The translations under genes were made by a program, and so were the position numbers. A stretch of 64,000 bases of DNA from a virus (Duplodnaviria > Caudoviricetes), in IMG/VR virus record IMGVR_UViG_3300032007_001727, one strand, 5' to 3'. Shown here one piece after another: positions 40,655-48,743 of the stretch (the stretch's first letter is position 1; each line of letters starts with the position of its first letter). Under the pieces are notes generated by a model that was not told the DNA's origin, ran no database searches, and saw only the letters and a program-made list of their open reading frames with translations.

Positions 40655-41281
40655 TCAATAGGCTGCGACTGCTGCGACTGCTGCGGTGGCTAACACTTCT
40701 GCCGGACGGATTGAGAATCCGGCTTGTGTGATGCTTGTCACATTAGAGAGTGTGAGAAGATTAAATTCCTCACTATTCTTTCCCTTTTCCAAACCTATCT
40801 CCTTCTGTGTGGACGATAACTTGTCCTTGTCCTTCTTTCCGGCCTTCCATGCCGTAATTTGCTCCTTTAAGGCCGGGTCGGTAACTTGTATTCCATCGAG
40901 GAACAGATAGGTATCAATATCACAAGCCTCTCTTTTCTCGTTACGCTGCAACTTCAAGTAAATTTTACTCTCTGTGCTTTTGTCCGTTGAGAAGAATTCG
41001 GGGTAAAGGCTGCAAGGTTTGTGCCAGTTGTCCTTCAATTTGGCTTCCACCTTTTCTCCGGTGGCTCTCTCGGCTGCACCCTCAATGCAAGCCTTATAGT
41101 CCATCCCGAGGCCGTAGCCATGATAAACACTCTTTTGGGTCACTCTACCTAAATACGGGTTTCTGTTATTACCCCGTCCTTTGTTCATGGAGTAATCTTT
41201 TTCAAGAATGACTACGGTACCGGCTCCCTTCTTAATGTTTTGAGCGATAACGCTCATAACATAAATTTCAATTTCTTTCAT
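40655..41281 (-). CDS. Hypothetical phage protein
   Basis: MNK.R....NPYLGRV motif; reversed promoter at 41341. Confidence 0.75.
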   Translation of the reverse strand: MKEIEIYVMSVIAQNIKKGAGTVVILEKDYSMNKGRGNNRNPYLGRVTQKSVYHGYGLGMDYKACIEGAAERATGEKVEAKLKDNWHKPCSLYPEFFSTDKSTESKIYLKLQRNEKREACDIDTYLFLDGIQVTDPALKEQITAWKAGKKDKDKLSSTQKEIGLEKGKNSEEFNLLTLSNVTSITQAGFSIRPAEVLATAAVAAVAAY

Positions 41282-41663
41282 AACATTGAATGTTTAGTGT
41301 AACAATAATTTAAAGAACTCCTTTGTCTTATTAAGACAATGCAAAATTACCCCAAAAAACCGATATAACAAACATTTTCGGTAATTTTGAAGCCTTATTT
41401 GCAAAAAAACGAAAAAAAATGCCTTGAAACGCTATGAACGTGCATGCAAAAAAAGCGATTTATTGTGCAATAAGAAATTTAACTTTTTATTATATAGGAG
41501 AATATCCTGCCATATATACATTATTATATTATAGGGAATTTTCAAATTATTTTCATTTTATGTTGTCAAACATATTTTTTTTGTTGTGTATTTCAAAAAA
41601 TCGCCGTACCTTTGCAGCAGATTTAGAAAGAAATATAGTCAAACAAGTTAAACAACATTTAGT

Positions 41664-42347
41664 ATGAAAAAGATTTTCTTCAAAGAAAATTCTTCTGTCC
41701 ATAGGACGGAAAATTTAGAGAGATTCTGTGTGGAAATGCGCAGAGTAACGAGAGTAACCAACAACCGCAACAGTGAGGAAGAATTTAGTAACTTGCTTGC
41801 CGAGGCACAGGAAGGTAATACCGCTTCTCGGAACAAGTTAGTAGAAAAGCATCTTCGTCTTGCCTATAGTGTGGCTGCACATTATAACGGCATGGCAGAA
41901 TTTGAAGATTTACTTCAAACGGCATCTATCGGCTTAATAAAGGCCATAGAAAACTATCGTAGCACTGATGGCTTATTTAGTTCCTACGCAGTTATGACTA
42001 TGCGTAGGGAAATTACGCACGAACTAACCGCAAACGGCCGGAAGTTTGGGCATGAAGTAAAGAGCATTGACGAGCCGTTAGAAGGTGCAGAAGGCGCAGG
42101 AAACGAGCGTTTCAGTGACCTTTGCGCCGGAACATCACATGCAGACGATATTGTCAGCGCAGACGAAAGAACAAGAGAGATTAAGAAGTATATATCTTTC
42201 TTGACAGAGCCGGAGGCAAAAATTATCTTAGGTGAATTTTTGCAGGACGAAACCGATTTTACTATGAGTTTAAAACTCGGTGTATGTGTTGAAAGAATAC
42301 AACAGATAAAGCGCAGTGCTCTGAAAAAATTAAGAGAACTGATGTAA
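41664..42347 (+). CDS. Phage sigma-70 family sigma factor
   Basis: SRNKLVEKHLRLAYSVA, EDLLQ..IGLIKAIE, FSSYA, LGVCVERIQQI..SALKKLR. Confidence 0.88.
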   Translation: MKKIFFKENSSVHRTENLERFCVEMRRVTRVTNNRNSEEEFSNLLAEAQEGNTASRNKLVEKHLRLAYSVAAHYNGMAEFEDLLQTASIGLIKAIENYRSTDGLFSSYAVMTMRREITHELTANGRKFGHEVKSIDEPLEGAEGAGNERFSDLCAGTSHADDIVSADERTREIKKYISFLTEPEAKIILGEFLQDETDFTMSLKLGVCVERIQQIKRSALKKLRELM

Positions 42348-42361
42348 GATTAAGAATATAG

Positions 42362-42394
42362 AAGGCGGAGCGCAGTATTCCCTCCGCCTTTTTC
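42362..42394 (+). terminator. Rho-independent terminator
   Basis: AAGGCGGAG...CTCCGCCTTTTT. Confidence 0.8.
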
Positions 42395-42445
42395 TATTTC
42401 TTTACTTTTTAAAAAAATAGTCACCTACCTATTACGTTTTTAAAA

Positions 42446-42461
42446 TGTTCCACATGGAACA
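42446..42461. promoter_or_regulatory. parS-like palindrome
   Basis: TGTTCCACATGGAACA, one mismatch to TGTTCCACGTGGAACA. Confidence 0.6.
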
Positions 42462-42539
42462 TTCCCCACACACCCCCCTATATACCCCCCACCTATGTAA
42501 CCCCCGCCCCCCTACGGGATTTTTAGTACCCAAAAAGGT

Positions 42540-42885
42540 GGAACAGTTTCCTAAATATTTTCCTGGAAAAAATTCTGATGTTTTAAAAAAGAGACATGTG
42601 TTAAAAAATTTTGAAAAAAAATTCTAATGATTTAAAAATGATGCACATTAAATATTTCCTGGAAAAAATTCTGATGGTTTAAGAAAAGACATATGTTAAA
42701 AAAAAATTGGAAAAAAAAATTAGTATATTTTATTATGGGCTAAGTCTCTAAAAAAAATTTTGGAGAAAAAATTTTGATGATTTAAAAAAGAGACATGTGT
42801 TAAAAAAAATTCCGGAAAAAATTTTTCTAATGTTTTACGGAGACCTCTTAAAAAAAATTTTGGAAAAAAATTTTAACGTTTTAAA
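42540..42885. repeat. Imperfect A-tract tandem repeats (AAAAATTCT(G/A)ATG..AGACATGTGTTAAAAAA)
   Basis: About 4-5 degenerate units in a non-coding gap. Confidence 0.75.
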
Positions 42886-42908
42886 ATACAGTTGCCTTTA
42901 CTTATCTA

Positions 42909-43367
42909 TTATTTTATTGAACTGAGTGTGTCGAATATTTTCCTTAAGGGTGACTCGTTGACCCTTATGGAACTTAGTGTGCCAAATATTTCCCTTAAGC
43001 GTGGTTCGTTGACCTTTTGTGTTTCGTCGTTAAGGTTAACCGTCAAATGGTTTAGGAAGTTGGTCGCCCAAGTGTCACTAACGTTACGCCAAAATCCGGA
43101 ACCTTCCGGTGTGTTTGCCCACTCAAAGGCGGTTATAAAGATGCTCTGCTTAAAGGACACCGTGGAATTAATTTCCTTGAAGTGACATAACATTAACTTC
43201 AAGTTACTAGTTTTGTTCTTCCACCTACTTCTTCCAACAACACACAACGCGCTATATTTTCTGAACGAGTGGTAACACTTGTTGTGCTTGAGGAAAAGTA
43301 CGAACAAGAAAAGAAATTCTTGTCTGTTTATGACGTAGGTTGACAAATCTTTTAGTTTATCTTTCAC
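42909..43367 (-). CDS. Paralogue family 2 (F.W..TPEG..FW)
   Basis: AFEWANTPEGSGFW. Confidence 0.8.
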   Translation of the reverse strand: MKDKLKDLSTYVINRQEFLFLFVLFLKHNKCYHSFRKYSALCVVGRSRWKNKTSNLKLMLCHFKEINSTVSFKQSIFITAFEWANTPEGSGFWRNVSDTWATNFLNHLTVNLNDETQKVNEPRLREIFGTLSSIRVNESPLRKIFDTLSSIK

Positions 43368-43797
43368 GGTGCTTGTTTAAGTCTACGATGTTTTTTAGTA
43401 TGGACTCATGGAAACAATCTCTTGTCAAACGCTTGTAGAGTTCAAACTCGGTTTCTGTCAGCGTCCTAACTATTACGTCCTTGAGGAGTGTTCCGTTGTT
43501 GAGGTATAGTGTAAGACAAGTTTCCATCGGACAAGGGGCGTAGTTGTCATACTTAGATGACAAGTAAAGCGTATAAATGCCTAGAACAACACTTTTCTTA
43601 TCGTCGTACTTTGTCACCGTCTTCACGTAATAACACTCGTTGCTCGTTGCGAAGAGAAGCGGGCGTCCCTTGTACTCGTTGATTTCATGAGTGAACGTAA
43701 GCCGCTTGTTAAAGACGTAACCGCCGTCATCCAAGTTAAAGTTAACTTGGAAATAAACCACGTCGTTTGTGTAAAATTTATGAGCCATTTTTATCAT
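43357..43797 (-). CDS. Paralogue family 3 (RTLTETEFELY)
   Basis: YVFNK, YKGRPLLF, RTLTETEFELY. Confidence 0.8.
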   Translation of the reverse strand: MIKMAHKFYTNDVVYFQVNFNLDDGGYVFNKRLTFTHEINEYKGRPLLFATSNECYYVKTVTKYDDKKSVVLGIYTLYLSSKYDNYAPCPMETCLTLYLNNGTLLKDVIVRTLTETEFELYKRLTRDCFHESILKNIVDLNKHRER

Positions 43798-43808
43798 TTT
43801 ATTATTAT

Positions 43809-44171
43809 TTACTTAAGGGTACCGTACGGAACGAGCCGTGAGAATCCACATCTGTACTTGAGTGTGAGTCTCCGGTAGAGTTCAAACTCTGTTTCTGTTA
43901 AGGTTCTAATAACCATTTCATTGCAGTTGACGTGCAGCACGGTTTCCCTTGGCGTGAGGCTTGTGGAACAGTTGTTCAAGAGGGAAGAAAACATAACCGT
44001 GTACATTCCACGGACCGTACCGCGTTCAACGTCACACTCTGTTATGGTCTTGACGTAACCTCCGTCATCTTCTATGAAGAGAAGTGGTCGCCCCTTGTAC
44101 TTGTTAACGTCATAAAGATTTATTTCTTTATTGAAGACGTAATCGATATTTTCTTCAAATTTTGAAATCAT
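43809..44171 (-). CDS. Paralogue family 3
   Basis: Same motifs. Confidence 0.8.
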   Translation of the reverse strand: MISKFEENIDYVFNKEINLYDVNKYKGRPLLFIEDDGGYVKTITECDVERGTVRGMYTVMFSSLLNNCSTSLTPRETVLHVNCNEMVIRTLTETEFELYRRLTLKYRCGFSRLVPYGTLK

Positions 44172-44238
44172 TTTTTTTCTTTATTTATTTTATCTTGGTA
44201 TGAAACTCTTCAGTTCTTCAAAAGAGTGCAGCGTTTTG

Positions 44239-44754
44239 TTAAAATGGTAGTCCATGTGTGGGTGTGTTTGTTAAACCGCTAGTCCACCTAGTGTGGCGGT
44301 GTGGTGGCTTAGTGTGTTTTAAGATTTTTTTGTCAACTGAGGCGGCAACCTCTGTTATTTCTTTGGGTAGCGGTGTTCGGGGTTCCGGCCATTCCATGAG
44401 ATAGTTGACGTTTGACTCTTCCAATCCTCTTGCGGACAAGTTTTCTATGAGTTTATTCATTCTAAGAGACAAGACATCGTTGAATTTGCAGTGCAAGTTG
44501 TGCCAAAACTTATAACCTTGTGGAGTGTGGTCCCAAACAAAGGAGTCGAAAATTATTCTCTCAAATCTTAAGAAATGTCTAGTGCTGATAATTATCCAAA
44601 AGAAGGCAAATATTTTCGGTTTGTGACCGTGTCTAGCACCAAAACAGTAAAAACTCGGATTATTTGTGAAACACCGGTAGACATTATCCTTGTACGCCTT
44701 GTAGGCGTTGTTCATTTTCAAGAAATCTATGAAAAACTTTTGATTTTGGGTCAT
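44239..44754 (-). CDS. Paralogue family 2
   Basis: SFVWDHTPQGYKFW. Confidence 0.8.
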   Translation of the reverse strand: MTQNQKFFIDFLKMNNAYKAYKDNVYRCFTNNPSFYCFGARHGHKPKIFAFFWIIISTRHFLRFERIIFDSFVWDHTPQGYKFWHNLHCKFNDVLSLRMNKLIENLSARGLEESNVNYLMEWPEPRTPLPKEITEVAASVDKKILKHTKPPHRHTRWTSGLTNTPTHGLPF

Positions 44755-44788
44755 TTTTGTTTATTTTTTTATTTATTATTATTGTTGT

Positions 44789-45217
44789 TCAAAAAACTCC
44801 TTTGGAATACATGCTAGAAGATTTTATTCTTGCGATTCTTGAGTTCAACTTGTTTAAAACATCCAAGTATCTTAACTTCTTGGTCATTCTGTTATAGAGT
44901 TCAAACTCGGTTTCTGTCAGCGTCCTTACGGTAAACATTTCTTTTGTTGTGTCAATCGAAAACACGGTTGTGCCAAAGTTAATGTCCATTATCACGCGCT
45001 CATCGCTAGTTTTATCAAAATTTGGTTTGTGAAGCCAAACGGTAACGGTAAACTTTCCCCTAATCTCCAAGAACTTATTGTTTACGTTATTTATGCCGGT
45101 GACGTGTTTTATATAACAACTTCCTTTTGAGAAGGTGGGCAGACAACAGACCGGTTTTCCTACGTACTGTTTCAATTCTTCAATGGTTCCTAAGTATTTG
45201 TTAAAGACGTAATCCAT
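44789..45217 (-). CDS. Paralogue family 3
   Basis: DYVFNK...RTLTETEFELY. Confidence 0.8.
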   Translation of the reverse strand: MDYVFNKYLGTIEELKQYVGKPVCCLPTFSKGSCYIKHVTGINNVNNKFLEIRGKFTVTVWLHKPNFDKTSDERVIMDINFGTTVFSIDTTKEMFTVRTLTETEFELYNRMTKKLRYLDVLNKLNSRIARIKSSSMYSKGVF

Positions 45218-45240
45218 TTGGGTGGTTTTTATTATTTGAT

Positions 45241-45642
45241 TTATTTATCTGTTTCCGTGTTGAATATTTTATTGAACAGTTCTTTCATGAGTTCACGTCT
45301 CACTTCCGGTGTGTTGCTGTCGGTGACGTTTAAAAGGTGTGCCATGTTGGACCATAATTGACTTATGAGAGACCAAAAGACAAAACCTTCCTTGGTGTTG
45401 TCCCAAACGAAAGCCCTCCTAACTAGTGCGTCCTTGTTGTGGTTGTTCGGGTAGGTAAATAATTTTTCAGAGTTCCTTTTGTCTGAGAAATATTTTTTTA
45501 ACCCACCTTTGGAGGCTGCGTGGTCTGACACGTTCTTTCTTAGGTTTTCAAAGAAGGAAGAATAACCTCCTACCTTCTTCAGAAACAGCCCTAGCAAGAA
45601 AATCACCTCTTGGTTGTTTATGTCGTATTTTTGTTGTGCCAT
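45241..45642 (-). CDS. Paralogue family 2
   Basis: AFVWDNTKEGFVFW. Confidence 0.8.
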   Translation of the reverse strand: MAQQKYDINNQEVIFLLGLFLKKVGGYSSFFENLRKNVSDHAASKGGLKKYFSDKRNSEKLFTYPNNHNKDALVRRAFVWDNTKEGFVFWSLISQLWSNMAHLLNVTDSNTPEVRRELMKELFNKIFNTETDK

Positions 45643-45665
45643 AATATCTTTTTCTTTTTAATTTA

Positions 45666-46043
45666 TTAATGTCCCCTTATTATAAGAGAGTTGCAGATTT
45701 CCTCTATGAGAGGATGTCTGACACGTTGTAACGGCTCGTCAACTATGTTGAGGTGGTCTGAGATTGTCCTCCACTCGGCACTCCTTATGGCCCAAAACAT
45801 GTGTCCTTCAGCGGTGTCTCCCCACGTGAACGAGGTCATTATAATGTTACACTTACAGTAACACATTGAATCAGAGTTGTACGGTATTAAACTCAGTATG
45901 GTCTTTAGTGGTATCGGCTTCCCGGCGAAGTAGTTTTTAATTACGGAATATTTTATGAACGACCGGTAGCACCTATGGTGCTTTAGGTAAAACGTAAAAA
46001 TAAAAAACAGTTCTTGGCCGTTTATGTTGTATTTATCTCCCAT
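45666..46043 (-). CDS. Paralogue family 2
   Basis: SFTWGDTAEGHMFW. Confidence 0.8.
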   Translation of the reverse strand: MGDKYNINGQELFFIFTFYLKHHRCYRSFIKYSVIKNYFAGKPIPLKTILSLIPYNSDSMCYCKCNIIMTSFTWGDTAEGHMFWAIRSAEWRTISDHLNIVDEPLQRVRHPLIEEICNSLIIRGH

Positions 46044-46044
46044 T

Positions 46045-46449
46045 CTATCGACTTATTAATATTTTGAACACGTGTTCCATCCAAGGTTGGTCAACCCCTT
46101 GTCTTTCTTCGTCATCCACAAACAAACGGTCTAGGAACTTACGTTCCCAATCATTGTGCAAGTTACACCAAAAGTCCGGACCCTCCGGAGTCTCTTGCCA
46201 ATTGAAGGCTCTCATGAAAACATTTGAGCGTATGTAAGTCGTAGAATTTAATGAGTTAAGTTCGGTGAAATTGATGAACAATCCTTTGAGTTTGTTAAAT
46301 CCTTCGTGGCACTTTACGACATATTTCGCCGCGTGTTCCTTAAACGAGTGGTAACACTTGTGGTATTTTAGGAAATACGTGAAGAGCATTGTTAATTCCT
46401 CCCGGCTGACCGTGAAATATCCGGTATCATCAATTTTTATTTTTGCCAT
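46045..46449 (-). CDS. Paralogue family 2
   Basis: Start MAKIKID; AFNWQETPEGPDFW. Confidence 0.8.
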   Translation of the reverse strand: MAKIKIDDTGYFTVSREELTMLFTYFLKYHKCYHSFKEHAAKYVVKCHEGFNKLKGLFINFTELNSLNSTTYIRSNVFMRAFNWQETPEGPDFWCNLHNDWERKFLDRLFVDDEERQGVDQPWMEHVFKILISR

Positions 46450-46575
46450 CTTTTTCTCCTTTATTAAGCATATGGTTAATGCAAAGATATATAAAAAATG
46501 TGAGAAAACAAACAATGGTATATTTATATTAAGATTTTTTAAAGGTTTTAGAGATTTTTTATAAGAGAGAAAAAA

Positions 46576-47805
46576 ATGGGAAAAATGGTTAATGTTTTTA
46601 TGACACCAAGACAGTTTGGAGTGATTGAGGAAGCAAATTGGAACTTCCACAGAGGGTCGGTTGACAACTTGAGGCCGTATGTGAGCGACAACAAGTATCA
46701 CATGGGAGGAAGGGAAACCGGGCATTTCGGCAGCGGGACGTATTTCTCCACGTACAAGAACTCTAGCGGCTTGGACAAGTATCGCTCTGAGGGCGGTGAC
46801 CGTAGGTTTGTGTCGGTCGGTGACGGCGTGTACCGCGTTGACCTAGATATTTATAAGAATCTGTACAAGGTTAGGAGCAAGAGACAAGGTGACGTTCTCT
46901 ATACCTTGCTTAAAAACGTTAACCGTCTTGGAAACAGAATTGCCTACTTGGGAGAGTTTAGGCGCGGGTTGGCTTCGTATGACAATGCCGACTTGTACCA
47001 AGTTATAAGGGCAAACGCTAAGGGGCTTGGACTCAAGTGTCCCTCATACTATGAACTCACTAGGATGGCGCAGCGGTTGGGGATGGACCAAAATGACGTT
47101 AGGTCGCTGTCAACCGTGTTCATGGAGTTCAACGGCTACAACGGAGTGGACGTGAGCGGTGTGGAGTATTACGACAACACGAAGCACGGGTCTGTAATTT
47201 ATGACATGTCCAAGATTGGCGGTGAGGTCGAGGAGGTTATGCCGAAATCGTTATATACGGGGTATAAGGATTCACCGTATGACAACTCAGTCGTTAGGGA
47301 CGGTATCACGGACAAGAGGATTGAGTCGCTGAAAGGTGAAAATGCGTTTTGGGTGAAAGACCTTGACGGAATGCCGGTAAGCGAGGCCATGAGGCTGCTT
47401 AAGAACTATACGGACAGCGGGAACGCATTGGACTCCTATGAGTTCGATTCACTGAATGATGACTTGGCAAGCCGGTACCTTAGACTCTTGTTTGTCAAGG
47501 ACCCGAACTATGACTATTGGGGGGAAACGATTATTGACCGGATTTTGGAAGGACGGTACGGAAAGGGGTACTTGGAACGGATTGAAAAACTTGGAGCATA
47601 CTATTGGGTAAACTACTTGTCGAAGAAGAGTTCCGGACTCATTGCCTTTCTCAAAAGGTTCGGCATGGAATTGGATTGGAGCCTTGATGCGGAAGAGGAG
47701 AATAGGATGAAGAAGGGATATTTGGACAAGTTGACAAGGTATTTGCAGAGGGACTTGACGGAAGACGAAAGGGAGTACATTGACAAAAGATACTACAGCA
47801 TCTGA
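46576..47805 (+). CDS. Putative late protein with ADP-ribosyltransferase-like N-terminal domain
   Basis: FHRG, FGSGTYFS, VYRVDL, GYNGVD pattern; TATTTAT motif upstream. Confidence 0.45.
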   Translation: MGKMVNVFMTPRQFGVIEEANWNFHRGSVDNLRPYVSDNKYHMGGRETGHFGSGTYFSTYKNSSGLDKYRSEGGDRRFVSVGDGVYRVDLDIYKNLYKVRSKRQGDVLYTLLKNVNRLGNRIAYLGEFRRGLASYDNADLYQVIRANAKGLGLKCPSYYELTRMAQRLGMDQNDVRSLSTVFMEFNGYNGVDVSGVEYYDNTKHGSVIYDMSKIGGEVEEVMPKSLYTGYKDSPYDNSVVRDGITDKRIESLKGENAFWVKDLDGMPVSEAMRLLKNYTDSGNALDSYEFDSLNDDLASRYLRLLFVKDPNYDYWGETIIDRILEGRYGKGYLERIEKLGAYYWVNYLSKKSSGLIAFLKRFGMELDWSLDAEEENRMKKGYLDKLTRYLQRDLTEDEREYIDKRYYSI

Positions 47806-48188
47806 ATCCATTCAGTGTAGTTTTCTCCATTGGTTTTGAGTGAAAATCTTTTCTTTAGAGTTTTGTAGTTCTTGTTAAGAAAATCACGCCATTCCACGTA
47901 AATCAAGTACGGGTAGTCTCTTTTCTTGGTTAGGTGAGAAAATAGTTGGTTGGAGTTTTTGTCCATGTTATAGACCATTAAGCCTATAACATAGTTTAGA
48001 TTACAAATCGTTGGATTCTCCATGGCTCTTTCGAGGGTGCTGATAACAATGTGTAGGTTATTTGACGATACTATTTTACTGTCTATATTGGAATAGCACG
48101 ATAGGAACATCGGTCCAAGCAGCCTCCTTTCCTTTAGGAAGTGCAAGAGAATCTTCTTTGCGACATTCTGATTATCTTTTTGTTCCAT
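47793..48188 (-). CDS. Hypothetical protein
   Basis: ORF with TATCTTTGCA promoter. Confidence 0.65.
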   Translation of the reverse strand: MEQKDNQNVAKKILLHFLKERRLLGPMFLSCYSNIDSKIVSSNNLHIVISTLERAMENPTICNLNYVIGLMVYNMDKNSNQLFSHLTKKRDYPYLIYVEWRDFLNKNYKTLKKRFSLKTNGENYTEWIQML

Positions 48189-48290
48189 TTTTTCTTATTA
48201 TAGTCTTATGATTAATGCAAAGATATATAAAAAATCTGAGAAAAACAAAATATCGGTGATATTTATCTTTTGAGAAGAAGTTTTTTAAAT

Positions 48291-48695
48291 ATGGGAGTAT
48301 TCGATAACATAGCCAAATCAATTGACGATAAGTCTTCAATGAGGGTTGACAGCGTGACACTGTTGGCTTCTGCCATCATGGGTGTAATATTGGGCTTGGT
48401 GATATGCTTTGTGCTGATATATGACGTGACATACGACGGGGAGGTCAACACGGAACTTGATGACTTGGGCATATTCTTGCTGTGCTCCGGTGCCTACATA
48501 CTTGGGTCCGGTGTACCGAAGGCTTATGTCGACTCTAGGCTGAAGACGCGCTCTTGGGTTGAGGCCGAGAAGATGAGGGCCGAAGCGGAGGAGGACGTTG
48601 AGGACGTTAGGTTCGAGAGGGAAAGAAGGAGAAGGCAGATGATGGATGTCGAGAAGGCTGAGGAACCTTGCGGTGAAAATGAGGATGATGCCTAA
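48291..48695 (+). CDS. Two-TM membrane protein (holin-like)
   Basis: Two hydrophobic helices and a charged tail; GATATTTAT upstream. Confidence 0.5.
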   Translation: MGVFDNIAKSIDDKSSMRVDSVTLLASAIMGVILGLVICFVLIYDVTYDGEVNTELDDLGIFLLCSGAYILGSGVPKAYVDSRLKTRSWVEAEKMRAEAEEDVEDVRFERERRRRQMMDVEKAEEPCGENEDDA

Positions 48696-48743
48696 ATTTT
48701 TTCTAAGTGTGTGATATTTATTGCTATAAAATAAATTATTATT

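Larger units (their letters stand above)
22110..41380. promoter_or_regulatory. About 22 copies of a ~65-bp early promoter cassette
   Basis: Consensus AAAATAATT..ATTTT.TTTCG..A.T.CAAA..TTTGGGTACTTTTGCA..GTCAAACAA. Cores at ~22259, 23523, 23943, 24520, 25528, 25662, 26445, 27500, 28623, 29821, 30641, 31996, 32813, 33374, 33882, 35260, 35643 (partial), 36404, 37438, 39387; reversed at 22112, 40513, 41341. TACTTTTG fits the Bacteroidota TAnnTTTG element. Confidence 0.9.
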
